Shown here piece by piece: positions 8,412-18,097 of a DNA stretch of 64,000 nt. Location of the stretch: positions 1,220 to 65,219 of the IMG/VR virus record IMGVR_UViG_3300037483_000286; one strand, 5' to 3'. The notes under the pieces were generated by a model, which saw nothing but the letters and a program-made list of their open reading frames with translations, searched no databases and was not told where the DNA came from. This DNA is from a virus. The stretch's first letter is position 1, and the number at the start of each line of letters is the position of its first letter. Both the position numbers and the translations under genes were made by a program.

Positions 8412-9206
8412 ATGGACTATCCCTTCAACGAACAACCAATCGAGAAGCGGACAAATATGTTCGCTAACAAGCACGAAAATCTCGACGTGCAATCCATTTT
8501 CTACACGATACAAGGTGAGGGCCCATTCTGCGGAACTCCTGCTGTATTCATTCGGCTTGCAGGCTGTAACCTGCAATGCCCCGCATGCGATACGGATTAC
8601 ACATCGCAGCGGCGCTGGATATCAACAGACGATATTGTCACACAAGTCCAACATGGACATATGATGCGAAACCTTTCTCTCATCTCAGAGTTTCCATTTG
8701 AAGAATGTTTGGCGTATTACAAAGGACTTGTGGTCATTACAGGCGGCGAACCGTTCCGACAGGAGATCGATCTTCTTGTTCTAAAACTTCAGCAGCGCTT
8801 AGGATGCTATGTGCAAGTCGAAACGAACGGCACACTGCCACCCCCTAGCATCAGCACACTCAACACAAACGTGAACGAACGACGCGGACTATACATCGTT
8901 GTCAGTCCCAAAACAGGCAGAGTCGCGCGCCTCACTGCGGAGTCCGCCTGCGCCTACAAGTACGTTATGAATGCAGACAGCGTGGACTGGAAAGACGGAC
9001 TGCCTATGCACGTCCTTGATCACAAGTTGGGAACACTCAGCGTGGCACGTCCACCGGAAGGCTACAAAGGCCTGGTTTATCTGCAGCCGCAGGATGATCG
9101 TGATAAGGAAAAGAACCAGCGCAACCTCGATGCATGCGTGGAATCTTGCATGAGGCACGGGTACATACTACAGTTGCAAGTACACAAGCTACTTGGCATG
9201 GAGTGA
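8412..9206 (+). CDS. queE: 7-carboxy-7-deazaguanine synthase (radical SAM)
   Basis: SIFYTIQGEG, FIRLAGCNLQCPACDT (CxxxCxxC), ITGGEP, VETNGT, YLQP, LQLQVHK; start at ATG 8412 with GGAG RBS. Confidence 0.95.
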   Translation: MDYPFNEQPIEKRTNMFANKHENLDVQSIFYTIQGEGPFCGTPAVFIRLAGCNLQCPACDTDYTSQRRWISTDDIVTQVQHGHMMRNLSLISEFPFEECLAYYKGLVVITGGEPFRQEIDLLVLKLQQRLGCYVQVETNGTLPPPSISTLNTNVNERRGLYIVVSPKTGRVARLTAESACAYKYVMNADSVDWKDGLPMHVLDHKLGTLSVARPPEGYKGLVYLQPQDDRDKEKNQRNLDACVESCMRHGYILQLQVHKLLGME

Positions 9207-9211
9207 GACTA

Positions 9212-9976
9212 ATGAAAAAGATTCTCGTAGTTCTGTCTGGCGGGCAGGACTCCACGACGTGCTTATTCTGGGCTAAGGAACTGCTTGGAACAGACGGAGA
9301 ACTGCATGCTATCACGTTCAATTACGGACAGCGGCATGCACTGGAAATCAAAGCAGCATACCGCGTTGCTGAGATGGCAGGCTGCACAAGTCATGTCGTG
9401 AAAAAGATTTCACGTGACGTCATGGAGTCCACATCACCGCTTGTCAGCAGCAATGAGCTGGAGCGGTACGAGAATTATCAGCAGATGGACAAGATAATCG
9501 GCAATCGAACTGAACTCACGTTCGTGCCGATGCGCAATACCCTATTTCTCACGATCGCAGCGAACCGCGCCATCGCGCTGGGTTGCCATGATATCGTGAC
9601 AGGCGTCTGCCAGGAGGATAACGCCAACTACCCGGACTGCCGCCACAGCTACGTCCAAGCGATGCAGTTGGCAATCAACGAATCGCTTGGCATCCGTTCA
9701 TTTCGGATCCAAACGCCACTCATGTTCCTGTCCAAAGCAGAAACCGTCAAGCTGGCGACACGATTGCCAGGCTGCATGCCGGCGCTCGCGTATAGCCACA
9801 CGTCCTACGATGGCAAGTATCCGCCGACGGACATGAACCACGCTAACGTGCTACGAGCACAAGGATTTCTGGAGGCGAATGTACCTGATCCGCTTGTGCT
9901 TCGTGCTGTTCGAGAGGGCGTGATGGAGATGCCAAACACGCCCAACTATCAACTCGAAGGACGGAAGCACAGCTAA
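9212..9976 (+). CDS. queC: 7-cyano-7-deazaguanine synthase, atypical (no Zn-binding cysteines)
   Basis: SGGQDS PP-loop, TFNYGQRH, TFVPMRN, YPDCR, TPLMFLSKAE; start moved to ATG 9212. Confidence 0.93.
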   Translation: MKKILVVLSGGQDSTTCLFWAKELLGTDGELHAITFNYGQRHALEIKAAYRVAEMAGCTSHVVKKISRDVMESTSPLVSSNELERYENYQQMDKIIGNRTELTFVPMRNTLFLTIAANRAIALGCHDIVTGVCQEDNANYPDCRHSYVQAMQLAINESLGIRSFRIQTPLMFLSKAETVKLATRLPGCMPALAYSHTSYDGKYPPTDMNHANVLRAQGFLEANVPDPLVLRAVREGVMEMPNTPNYQLEGRKHS

Positions 9977-10419
9977 TGCATCGCTCCACAAAGACCTACG
10001 ATCACAATCTGGGTTTCAGCTGCGCATTCCGCCAGTGGAAGGCCGAATCTCACTGCAAGCTACTGCACGGTTACGCGCTCAGTTTCACGTTCGTATTCGA
10101 AGCGAACAAGCTAGACGAGCGCAACTGGGTAGTGGACTTCGGTGGACTGGATCCGTTGAAGGAGAAACTTCGATATTGGTTTGATCACACGACGTTCGTC
10201 GCAGCAGACGACCCTATGCATTCCACGTTCATGCAGATGGCGAATATAGGGCTGATACAAGTTCGTCGTCTGCCCAACGTAGGCTGTGAAGCGTTCGCAC
10301 AACACGGATTTGATCTTGCAGAAGAAGTCTGTAGCAAGCACTTTCCGCACGTCCGTGTCGTCTCTTGTGAAGTGAGGGAGCATGGCGCAAATTCAGCATC
10401 ATACGGAATCTCATTGTGA
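9976..10419 (+). CDS. queD: 6-carboxy-5,6,7,8-tetrahydropterin synthase
   Basis: C..LHGY motif, WVVDFG, FDH, final E; coupled to queC (TAATG). Confidence 0.92.
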   Translation: MHRSTKTYDHNLGFSCAFRQWKAESHCKLLHGYALSFTFVFEANKLDERNWVVDFGGLDPLKEKLRYWFDHTTFVAADDPMHSTFMQMANIGLIQVRRLPNVGCEAFAQHGFDLAEEVCSKHFPHVRVVSCEVREHGANSASYGISL

Positions 10420-10985
10420 CGACTTATAAAACAAAACAAATAGCTCAGAACATCGAAGCCATTCTTGAAGTTCTCGAGCCAGATAGCTATGAACGCGCAG
10501 GACTCAAGGAGACTCCTACGCGCGTCGCTAAGGCGTTCGCGCACTGGTTCGGTGGATATGACGTGAATGTTGCATCGCTACTGAAGACGTTCGAGGATGG
10601 AGCGGAGCGGCACGACCAGATGATCACCGTGAAAGATATCCCTATCTATTCACACTGCGAGCATCATCTCGCACCTATCTTCGGCACCGTGACAATCAGC
10701 TACGTTCCAACAGGCAAGATAGTAGGCCTGAGTAAATTATCACGACTTGCAGACGCGTTCGCCCGTCGATTACAAGTACAGGAGCGCATGACGGATCAGA
10801 TTGCGGATGCACTGTGGGAAAACCTGAAGCCGCTCGGAGTAGGTGTGGTTATCAAGGCGCGTCACCTGTGTATGGAATCACGTGGCGTATGCCAGCAGGG
10901 GCATCACACGATAACCACAGCCTTACGTGGAGTCATGCTCGAGCAGGCGGAGGCACGTTCTGAATTTTTGCGTCTTGCAGGTTGA
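10416..10985 (+). CDS. folE: GTP cyclohydrolase I
   Basis: GLKETPTRVAKA, SHCEHH, VGLSKLSR, RRLQVQERMT, HLCMESRGV. Confidence 0.97.
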   Translation: MTTYKTKQIAQNIEAILEVLEPDSYERAGLKETPTRVAKAFAHWFGGYDVNVASLLKTFEDGAERHDQMITVKDIPIYSHCEHHLAPIFGTVTISYVPTGKIVGLSKLSRLADAFARRLQVQERMTDQIADALWENLKPLGVGVVIKARHLCMESRGVCQQGHHTITTALRGVMLEQAEARSEFLRLAG

Positions 10986-11012
10986 AGCTAAACCGCAGTA
11001 AACTACGCATAA

Positions 11013-11957
11013 ATGCACCTCTATACTGCTGCTGTCTATACGAACCAGTTCATGAAGAGCCAAACAGGCTCGCATGACAAGCTAAGTGACAGCGAGAAGA
11101 CGCATTTCGAATCGATTCCTAACATTCTGGAGTCGTGGCATTACGTTGGAAAGCAGCGCTTCGTGGACGACATGCGCAAGGATGGCGCCCAGGTGTTCCT
11201 CGACTCCGGAGCGTTCTCTGCTCACACTCTAGGTGTGAAACTCAGTGTCTGGGAGTATTGCGAATATATCAAACGCAACATGGACATACTGCGCAGAGAG
11301 GATAATGTATTGATGGCGTCTGTGTTGGACGGCATCGGGGATCCACATCAAACGTATCGCAATCAACTTGAAATGGAAGCCCGTGGCGTGACTCCGCTGC
11401 CTTGCTTCCACTACGGTGAGGACGAACGATATCTTGAACATTACGTTCGTGAATATCCTTACATCACAATTGGCGGCATGGTCACTAAAGGATCTCAGAA
11501 TCCATTAGAAATGTCGAAGGATCTAGAAATCTGGCTGGACAGGATCTTCGACAAATTCATCTGCGATAAGTCCGGCAGACCACGCGTGAAAGTCCACGGG
11601 TTCGGATTGACGTCCATTAAGATGATGGAGATGTATCCTTGGTTCAGCTGCGACAGCTCCTCATGGATCCAGTATGCTGTCTATGGACACATCTTTCACC
11701 CGAAGCATGGCGTGATAACAGTGTCCGGCAAGTCTCCGCGTAAACACGATGCGAACATGCATATAAGCACGCTGGTGGATATTCATAAGGACTACGTTCA
11801 TGCTATGCTCAACAGCTTAGGATTTAACCTGGAACGTCTGCAAGACGTTTACGAATCCCGAGCTGCCTTCAACATGTGGTCATTCAAAGAGATCAATCAT
11901 ATTATCAATAAGCAAAGGGAATATAGCTTCCAAGCGTTGCGCCAGGAGTTATTTTGA
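11013..11957 (+). CDS. dpdA: DNA 7-deazaguanine transglycosylase (TGT-fold)
   Basis: FLDSGAFSA, PCFHYGE, IGGMV, VHGFG, CDSSSW motifs; placed directly after folE. Confidence 0.85.
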   Translation: MHLYTAAVYTNQFMKSQTGSHDKLSDSEKTHFESIPNILESWHYVGKQRFVDDMRKDGAQVFLDSGAFSAHTLGVKLSVWEYCEYIKRNMDILRREDNVLMASVLDGIGDPHQTYRNQLEMEARGVTPLPCFHYGEDERYLEHYVREYPYITIGGMVTKGSQNPLEMSKDLEIWLDRIFDKFICDKSGRPRVKVHGFGLTSIKMMEMYPWFSCDSSSWIQYAVYGHIFHPKHGVITVSGKSPRKHDANMHISTLVDIHKDYVHAMLNSLGFNLERLQDVYESRAAFNMWSFKEINHIINKQREYSFQALRQELF

Positions 11958-12166
11958 GCGTCTCCGTTCTTGTCAACGACAACATGAACCCGGAACAGGC
12001 GCTCGAGTCCATGAAGCAGCTGGAGCCCAAGGACGTTGTGATTCTTGCGTATGATGCACAAGGAAACCTCATGCTTCGCTCCTCCAAGATGAACAATGCA
12101 TCAACCCTTTGGATGCTGGAATGTGCTAAACTAGCCATTCTGAAAGAGGTAATTGGGCAATGCTAG
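11954..12166 (+). CDS. small hypothetical protein
   Basis: TTG start with AGGAG RBS, overlapping both neighbours. Confidence 0.65.
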   Translation: MSVSVLVNDNMNPEQALESMKQLEPKDVVILAYDAQGNLMLRSSKMNNASTLWMLECAKLAILKEVIGQC

Positions 12167-13185
12167 AAGAACTCAAGTTCGTGATGGGCGCTGTAGCGAA
12201 GAAAGACTTTCTTCCTGCTATGACTCATTTCGCCATCGAGAAAGGTACAGTGCGATCCTACAACGGCGCTGTGGCGCTGTCTTCTCCACTTGCATGCGAT
12301 CTCGACTTCAAGCCTAAAGCAGATAAAATGGTGCAGGCGATCGCTAACTGTCCTGATGATTCCACTCCAGTACTCAGCATGACCACAGCAGGTCGCCTTT
12401 GCATCAGAGCAGGCGTATTCAAGGCGTTTATTGAATGCGTTGCGGAAGAAACGCCGCACGTATTGCCAGAGGGTGAGATGGTGCGCCTGGATACGATAGC
12501 GCAGAAGCAGCTGGACAAGGATGGTAATGAAGCAGCTCCTCCACTGACCCTAGGCGACGTGCTGCTGAACGCGCTCAAAGTCATACATCCGTTCATTGGC
12601 GACGATGCTTCACGTCCGTGGAGCAACGGCGTCCTATTCCGAGATGAATTCGCATTTGCGACCAATAACGTGATGCTAGTACAATACTGGACAGGCGCTA
12701 AAATGCCCGTCACAGTGAACGTGCCACGCGTAGCGATCCGTGAAATGCTTCGTATCAACAAGCCTCCGATTTATGCGCAGGTCACAGACAGATCAATGAC
12801 GTTTCACTACGCCAACAAGAAGTGGATTCGAACCCAGCTTTTGGACGTGAAATGGCCAGACTTGGATCCGCTGCTGGACAAGCCTGTGAAGGTCGTGCCA
12901 ATAGATGAAAAACTATTCACGGGCTTAGAAGCCATCACACCGTTCGCAGACAAGATGGGACGCGTGTTTATCACGGATGGAGTATTGAGCACTGTTCCAG
13001 TAAACCATGGAGAAGAGGGTGCGTCGTTTGAGCTGCCTGGATTTCCGTTCAACGGCATCTATCAGATTGAAATGCTATCCTTACTAAAGGGCATCGCAAA
13101 AGAGATTGATATCAGCGCTTATCCTGCCCCTGGAGTATTCTACGGCGACCGCCTGCGTGGAGCCATTATAGGGATGCGCGCATAA
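12160..13185 (+). CDS. DNA polymerase III beta-clamp-like protein
   Basis: 341 aa; FATNNVML and repeated beta/alpha pattern; directly upstream of the polymerase as in related phages (recall). Confidence 0.75.
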   Translation: MLEELKFVMGAVAKKDFLPAMTHFAIEKGTVRSYNGAVALSSPLACDLDFKPKADKMVQAIANCPDDSTPVLSMTTAGRLCIRAGVFKAFIECVAEETPHVLPEGEMVRLDTIAQKQLDKDGNEAAPPLTLGDVLLNALKVIHPFIGDDASRPWSNGVLFRDEFAFATNNVMLVQYWTGAKMPVTVNVPRVAIREMLRINKPPIYAQVTDRSMTFHYANKKWIRTQLLDVKWPDLDPLLDKPVKVVPIDEKLFTGLEAITPFADKMGRVFITDGVLSTVPVNHGEEGASFELPGFPFNGIYQIEMLSLLKGIAKEIDISAYPAPGVFYGDRLRGAIIGMRA

Positions 13186-15198
13186 GTGCGCTCGGACGCA
13201 CTAGGACTGTGGTGGCGGGACGAACCCGTAGTTAAGGTACTCAAGGAGCCCAAGCCCAAGCGCGTCCCTCCGGAGCCCGTATGGCGGCTGGACACATACC
13301 TGCCGGGACTAGAACAAGCGCTTGAGTTCCCTGTCCATGTGATGTCCGAGCCCGAGCTGTGGCAAGCGTACCAGAGACGCGAGAAGCTGTTATTCGACGT
13401 GGAGTCGTACTGGAATTACTTCATGGTAGGATTCCGCTCCTACCATACAGGCTCAGTCGTTTACTTCGAAATGGGGCAAGGCGGATCCATGCAGCTGGAC
13501 AAGCTCGGCTGGATCATGCGCAATTTCACGCTCATAGGATTCAATAGTGATAACTATGACATACCTATGATCAACATGGCGTTCGCAGGTAAGTCCTGTG
13601 AGCAGATGAAGGAGGGGACGAACAAGATCATTCTAGAAGATTGGCGCCCTTACGACATGCTGAAGTCGTACAAAGTGCGCAATGCATTTCGAGACATTGA
13701 CCACATCGATTTAATCGAAGTAGCGCCGCTCCAGGCGAGCCTAAAAATCTACGGCGGACGCCTGCACGTTCCTAAGATGCAGGATCTGCCGTTTCATCAT
13801 GAAGCGCGCTTGACTCCACAGCAGATGGCGATCGTTCGTTGGTACAACATCAACGACTTGACCCAGACTGCATTCCTATACGAGGCGCTCAAGGAACAGA
13901 TTAGCCTGCGCGAGTCCATGAGCCATGAATACGGCATAGACTTACGTTCGCACAGCGACGCACAAGTCGCTGAAGCTGTTATCGGGCACGAGGTTGCGAA
14001 ACTCAACCGCTGCAGGCCCGCCAAACCGATAATCACACCAGGCACGACATACTATTACCGAGTTCCTGACTTCATAAGTTTCGAAACGCCCTTGATGAAC
14101 AGTGCGCTGGACATTGTACGTCGAGCGCGCTTCATTGTGGAGGAGCATGGTGGCGTAGGACTGCCCAAGGAGATCGCTAGACTCAAGATTCCTATTGCAG
14201 ACAACACCTACACAATGGGAATTGGCGGACTCCACTCTACTGAAACGCACGTCGCTGTGGTAGCAGGTGACGACACAATTATCATGGACAGGGATGTCAC
14301 GTCCTACTATCCGTTGATCATATTGAACCAAGCGCTGTACCCGGTTCACTTGGGCCCTAACTTCCTGCGCGTCTACAGGATGCTAGTGAACGAGCGCTTG
14401 ACTGCGAAAGAAGCAGGAAACAAGGTGAAAGCGGACAGCATGAAGATCACTGTGAATGGATCGTTCGGCAAGCTAGGCTCGAAGTACAGTATCCTGTATT
14501 CACCTGACTTGCTAATCCAAGTCACGATGACAGGCCAGCTGGCGTTGCTCATGCTCATTGAAATGCTCGAGCTGCGCGGCATACGCGTCATCAGCGCAAA
14601 CACAGACGGTGTGGTTATACTTTGCCCGAAGTGCCGCCATGCAGACCTACTGGCTTATATCAAAATGTGGGAGGAGCACACTCATTTCAAGACTGAGGAG
14701 ACACTATATAGTGCATACTATGGACGCGACGTGAACAATTACATTGCGATCAAGGTTCCAGACAAGAACGGCAAGATTGGAGTGAAAGCGAAGGGCGCCT
14801 ACAGCAACCCATGGAACGATCCTGCGCTCGCCAGCTTCCGCATGCACAAGAACCCTGTGAATACAGTGTGCATTGAAGCAGTGGAAACGCTATTGATGAA
14901 AGGTACACCTGTAGCGGAGTCCATCCGAACTTGTACAGACATTCGCAAGTTCATTAGCGTGCGCAAAGTGAAAAGAGGAGCAGTGAAAAACGGAGAATAC
15001 CTAGGCGAGTCCATACGCTGGTACTACGCGACTGAACAAACAGGCGAAATGATTTACGCCAGCTCAGGCAACAAAGTTCCACGCAGTGACGGAGCGAAGC
15101 CGCTGCTCGAGCTGCCGGACCGCATGCCAGAGGACATTGACTTCAACTGGTACGAACAAGAAGCGAACAAGATATTAACAGAGATCGCTTACCAGTAG
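13186..15198 (+). CDS. family B DNA polymerase with 3'-5' exonuclease
   Basis: exonuclease FDVESY and GFNSDNYD; polymerase DVTSYYP, KITVNGSFGK, NTDG. Confidence 0.93.
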   Translation: MRSDALGLWWRDEPVVKVLKEPKPKRVPPEPVWRLDTYLPGLEQALEFPVHVMSEPELWQAYQRREKLLFDVESYWNYFMVGFRSYHTGSVVYFEMGQGGSMQLDKLGWIMRNFTLIGFNSDNYDIPMINMAFAGKSCEQMKEGTNKIILEDWRPYDMLKSYKVRNAFRDIDHIDLIEVAPLQASLKIYGGRLHVPKMQDLPFHHEARLTPQQMAIVRWYNINDLTQTAFLYEALKEQISLRESMSHEYGIDLRSHSDAQVAEAVIGHEVAKLNRCRPAKPIITPGTTYYYRVPDFISFETPLMNSALDIVRRARFIVEEHGGVGLPKEIARLKIPIADNTYTMGIGGLHSTETHVAVVAGDDTIIMDRDVTSYYPLIILNQALYPVHLGPNFLRVYRMLVNERLTAKEAGNKVKADSMKITVNGSFGKLGSKYSILYSPDLLIQVTMTGQLALLMLIEMLELRGIRVISANTDGVVILCPKCRHADLLAYIKMWEEHTHFKTEETLYSAYYGRDVNNYIAIKVPDKNGKIGVKAKGAYSNPWNDPALASFRMHKNPVNTVCIEAVETLLMKGTPVAESIRTCTDIRKFISVRKVKRGAVKNGEYLGESIRWYYATEQTGEMIYASSGNKVPRSDGAKPLLELPDRMPEDIDFNWYEQEANKILTEIAYQ

Positions 15199-17231
15199 CC
15201 AAAGCCTGCGGGCACAGACCCGGAGAATGTCGGCCCTATATTCAACGTGATGTCTGTAAGGCTGAACGGAGACTCACCATATATCCTCCACAGGACGCCT
15301 GGTGTAAACGTAAAAGTCGGATCGTCTTCATCGAATGTTGAATTTCCTGCGCCTCCAGCAAGGCTACCCAGCAGCCAGACTCCTGTATTCCTGAACCATA
15401 TCTTGCCTGCATCAAAATCCACTGCCATACCTGACACGGAAAGTGCAGCGCCTTCAGGAGTATAGTTGACTTGCGTTGTATTCTGATTATATACACGTAT
15501 CGTCGTGACGCCTCCACCGCCTGACGGTAACATACGTATTAAATCTAGAGCCAGTGGATTGCCTTCCCCTGTGAGTGTTGTAAGAGTCAATGCAGCGGAC
15601 GCCCTACAGATGCCGAATATTCCGCTCCATTGTGATCCATCGCGATTCATAGTAGCTTCGACGTAGATTTTTCCGGTGCTGCGCGCTCGCCGACTCCTAG
15701 AAGCGTTCGCATAGTTTGGACTGTCATTGCTTCCGACATTACGTGAGATAGTTTTATTGCCGTTTGAAAAGGTTAATGTTGGACCAATGTCATCGGGATT
15801 AAACGTGTCATCGATGAATTCAGGAAAGGCTTCCGTTCTAGGAGTGAAGTTCGCAGTATAGCGAGCAGCTCCTACTGTCATGCGGAACTCATCGATATGC
15901 CCTGACCAATACTCTGCACTCGCTGTGCTACCTCGACCCACGAGCATAGCCGCTGCATTATTGTGAATTACAAGTGCAGCTATATTGTGAGTCGTGTTGA
16001 CCTGCGTTCCATTAACAAACAATCGAAGATTCGCTCCATCTCTGGATACCGCCACGTGATACCAAGTATTTATCGCAAGCGTGGTCCCTGTTCCTACAGT
16101 ACTTAGATTAGCTGTTCCATCTGTAGTATAAAAGAACTCCAATTCGCCTGTGGACGCACGTACACCTAAATCCCATGATCGTGAAGCTGCCGCTCCCCAT
16201 TTAGCGCAGATGCCGTTGAAGCTATTAGGAAAGGATGCAGCACGAACCCAACATTCGATAGTGAAATTGCCAGCGCCTAATTCAATGTTCGCAGCATCAA
16301 CAGTGCTGATATAGGAGGTCGTTCCGTTCAACAAAAGGGACGAGACACCGAATTGGAACTGGGCCGTATCTAGTTGAGCAGCTCCTAGTAACGTCCACAC
16401 TCGCCCCTTGCGGTCACGTATGTTAAGGCTCGCGTCACTACCTTCAAAATGAAGATGCGCCTGGACATTCCCATACAACGCGTCTACTTCCGTTGGACGA
16501 CGAGTGGGAAGCGGCAAGTTCGGTACTGTATAATTACCGAAATAACGGCACCATTGCGTGATGCGGATCGCCTTGAAACGTCCATCAAAATCATCGCGAT
16601 CCGCTGCACTAGTTGCGCGAGTGTTACGACCGCCGATTGTCACTGGAGACGTTCCGTTGAATATCACACCAGCATTAGTCAAAGTCGTGACCTGTACACC
16701 GTCAACGAAAATCCTATACACAGTGCCTTCACGAGTAACCGTTATATCATAAGGCGTGCCGAGCACAGGACTCCAGGCCGTCGTTGGATTAACATCTACA
16801 GATGTTCCAGCAGTACTGACGTTAAAGGAGATATTCGCAGCACTGACAAAAAACGCCCACTCACGCTGATTCGTCTGCGGAGAGAACGCGTCGTACTTCG
16901 TAACAAGCGGCTGGCCATTGCCGTTCGTATCTACAGCCGCTGTATCAAAAATAACATTGAACAGCTCAATCGTAAAATCAAGATTCACTCCGTTATTGAA
17001 ACGCCAATCTAAACTATCTGCCAGCAGGATCCAGTCTTCAGTTCCGTCGAGTTCGAATTGCTGATTAAGAATCGCAGCGTTACCAACAGGAGTCAGCGGG
17101 CGAACAAGCATACTCTCATCAACGATAGCAGATGCATCGGCTCTACCTGTTGCATCAAGCAATAGCAAAACATCTCCATAAAGGAAGTCTCCGTCGGACC
17201 GCCTTTTGCCTGCTACCGTTCCCAATATCAT
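15189..17231 (-). CDS. receptor-binding/tail fibre protein: two LamG (ConA-like) domains plus C-terminal SPRY-like domain
   Basis: FTIECW, WYHVAVSRDG...LFVNG, GHIDEFRMTVGAARYTANFTP; GKIYVEAT...GMAVDFDAGKIWF. Confidence 0.8.
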   Translation of the reverse strand: MILGTVAGKRRSDGDFLYGDVLLLLDATGRADASAIVDESMLVRPLTPVGNAAILNQQFELDGTEDWILLADSLDWRFNNGVNLDFTIELFNVIFDTAAVDTNGNGQPLVTKYDAFSPQTNQREWAFFVSAANISFNVSTAGTSVDVNPTTAWSPVLGTPYDITVTREGTVYRIFVDGVQVTTLTNAGVIFNGTSPVTIGGRNTRATSAADRDDFDGRFKAIRITQWCRYFGNYTVPNLPLPTRRPTEVDALYGNVQAHLHFEGSDASLNIRDRKGRVWTLLGAAQLDTAQFQFGVSSLLLNGTTSYISTVDAANIELGAGNFTIECWVRAASFPNSFNGICAKWGAAASRSWDLGVRASTGELEFFYTTDGTANLSTVGTGTTLAINTWYHVAVSRDGANLRLFVNGTQVNTTHNIAALVIHNNAAAMLVGRGSTASAEYWSGHIDEFRMTVGAARYTANFTPRTEAFPEFIDDTFNPDDIGPTLTFSNGNKTISRNVGSNDSPNYANASRSRRARSTGKIYVEATMNRDGSQWSGIFGICRASAALTLTTLTGEGNPLALDLIRMLPSGGGGVTTIRVYNQNTTQVNYTPEGAALSVSGMAVDFDAGKIWFRNTGVWLLGSLAGGAGNSTFDEDDPTFTFTPGVLWRIYGESPFSLTDITLNIGPTFSGSVPAGFGYW

Positions 17232-18091
17232 GGAGCCTCCGTCACACCGATCAAGTCCGCCACACTTGCTGATACGATCTTCACTGTGAACGTCCCTTGC
17301 GGAGGAATCACTAGAGACCCATCAGCAGGAGCATTGATCACCATAGTGCCTGCTGCTGTGATCGTCAGCGTTCCTGCTCCCACATATCTGCCATGGTACT
17401 CCGCTCCAGCGACAAACGGTTCAGCGTCGTCAAACGTGTAAGTAGGCAACGCGTGGCTGAAACGAGTGTAATTGCCTGCATTCGTTTCATCAGCATTGAG
17501 GTTGGCAGTGGCATCTGTAACGATAGGAGGATAACGAACGGGCGACGAGAGCAAGAACGCTCCGCCTGTCATATCCACCAGCACAAGCCCGTCACCTAAC
17601 AACAGAGTAGTGGCTTGCCCGTCCACTGCCAAGCCATCATCTACAAAAACACCTGCCACAATCACAGTCCATGCTTCACTCTGCCTCACATACTTCTGAG
17701 CATCGTTAGGAGCTTCAGTGATAGCGCCTGCGGCCGTGTCATCTACCCAAGCAGATCCTGTGTAGCGGTAGTAAACGTTCAACGGCACACCGTTGTTGTT
17801 CAACACTCGAGCGCGCGTTCCTATGGGAGGAACCAAGAATAACCACAGGGTGGGTGCAGTCGCAAGCACGATCTCGTCTGTATGCGTTGCCCATACTCCT
17901 GTGGCGCCCGCTGGCACAATCCAGCACTTTCCTACGTCTGCAAGTACAGTCGTAGGAGGTGTGGTTAGCATGAAGTCTTCCATCACAGGCACGAGTAGTG
18001 CTGCAACGACTTGCATGTCTTTGTTGAACGGTACCGAAGGCTGCAGAAGATTCTGCGGCATCAAATCAATCAGGTCTAGTGTCGTGCTCAT
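17228..18091 (-). CDS. DUF2793-like tail fibre-associated protein
   Basis: N-terminal TPPT....G.CWIVPAGATGVWA.H..EIV....W.F..P..G pattern; EAPND..YVRQ segment. Confidence 0.7.
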   Translation of the reverse strand: MSTTLDLIDLMPQNLLQPSVPFNKDMQVVAALLVPVMEDFMLTTPPTTVLADVGKCWIVPAGATGVWATHTDEIVLATAPTLWLFLVPPIGTRARVLNNNGVPLNVYYRYTGSAWVDDTAAGAITEAPNDAQKYVRQSEAWTVIVAGVFVDDGLAVDGQATTLLLGDGLVLVDMTGGAFLLSSPVRYPPIVTDATANLNADETNAGNYTRFSHALPTYTFDDAEPFVAGAEYHGRYVGAGTLTITAAGTMVINAPADGSLVIPPQGTFTVKIVSASVADLIGVTEAP

Positions 18092-18097
18092 AAATCC

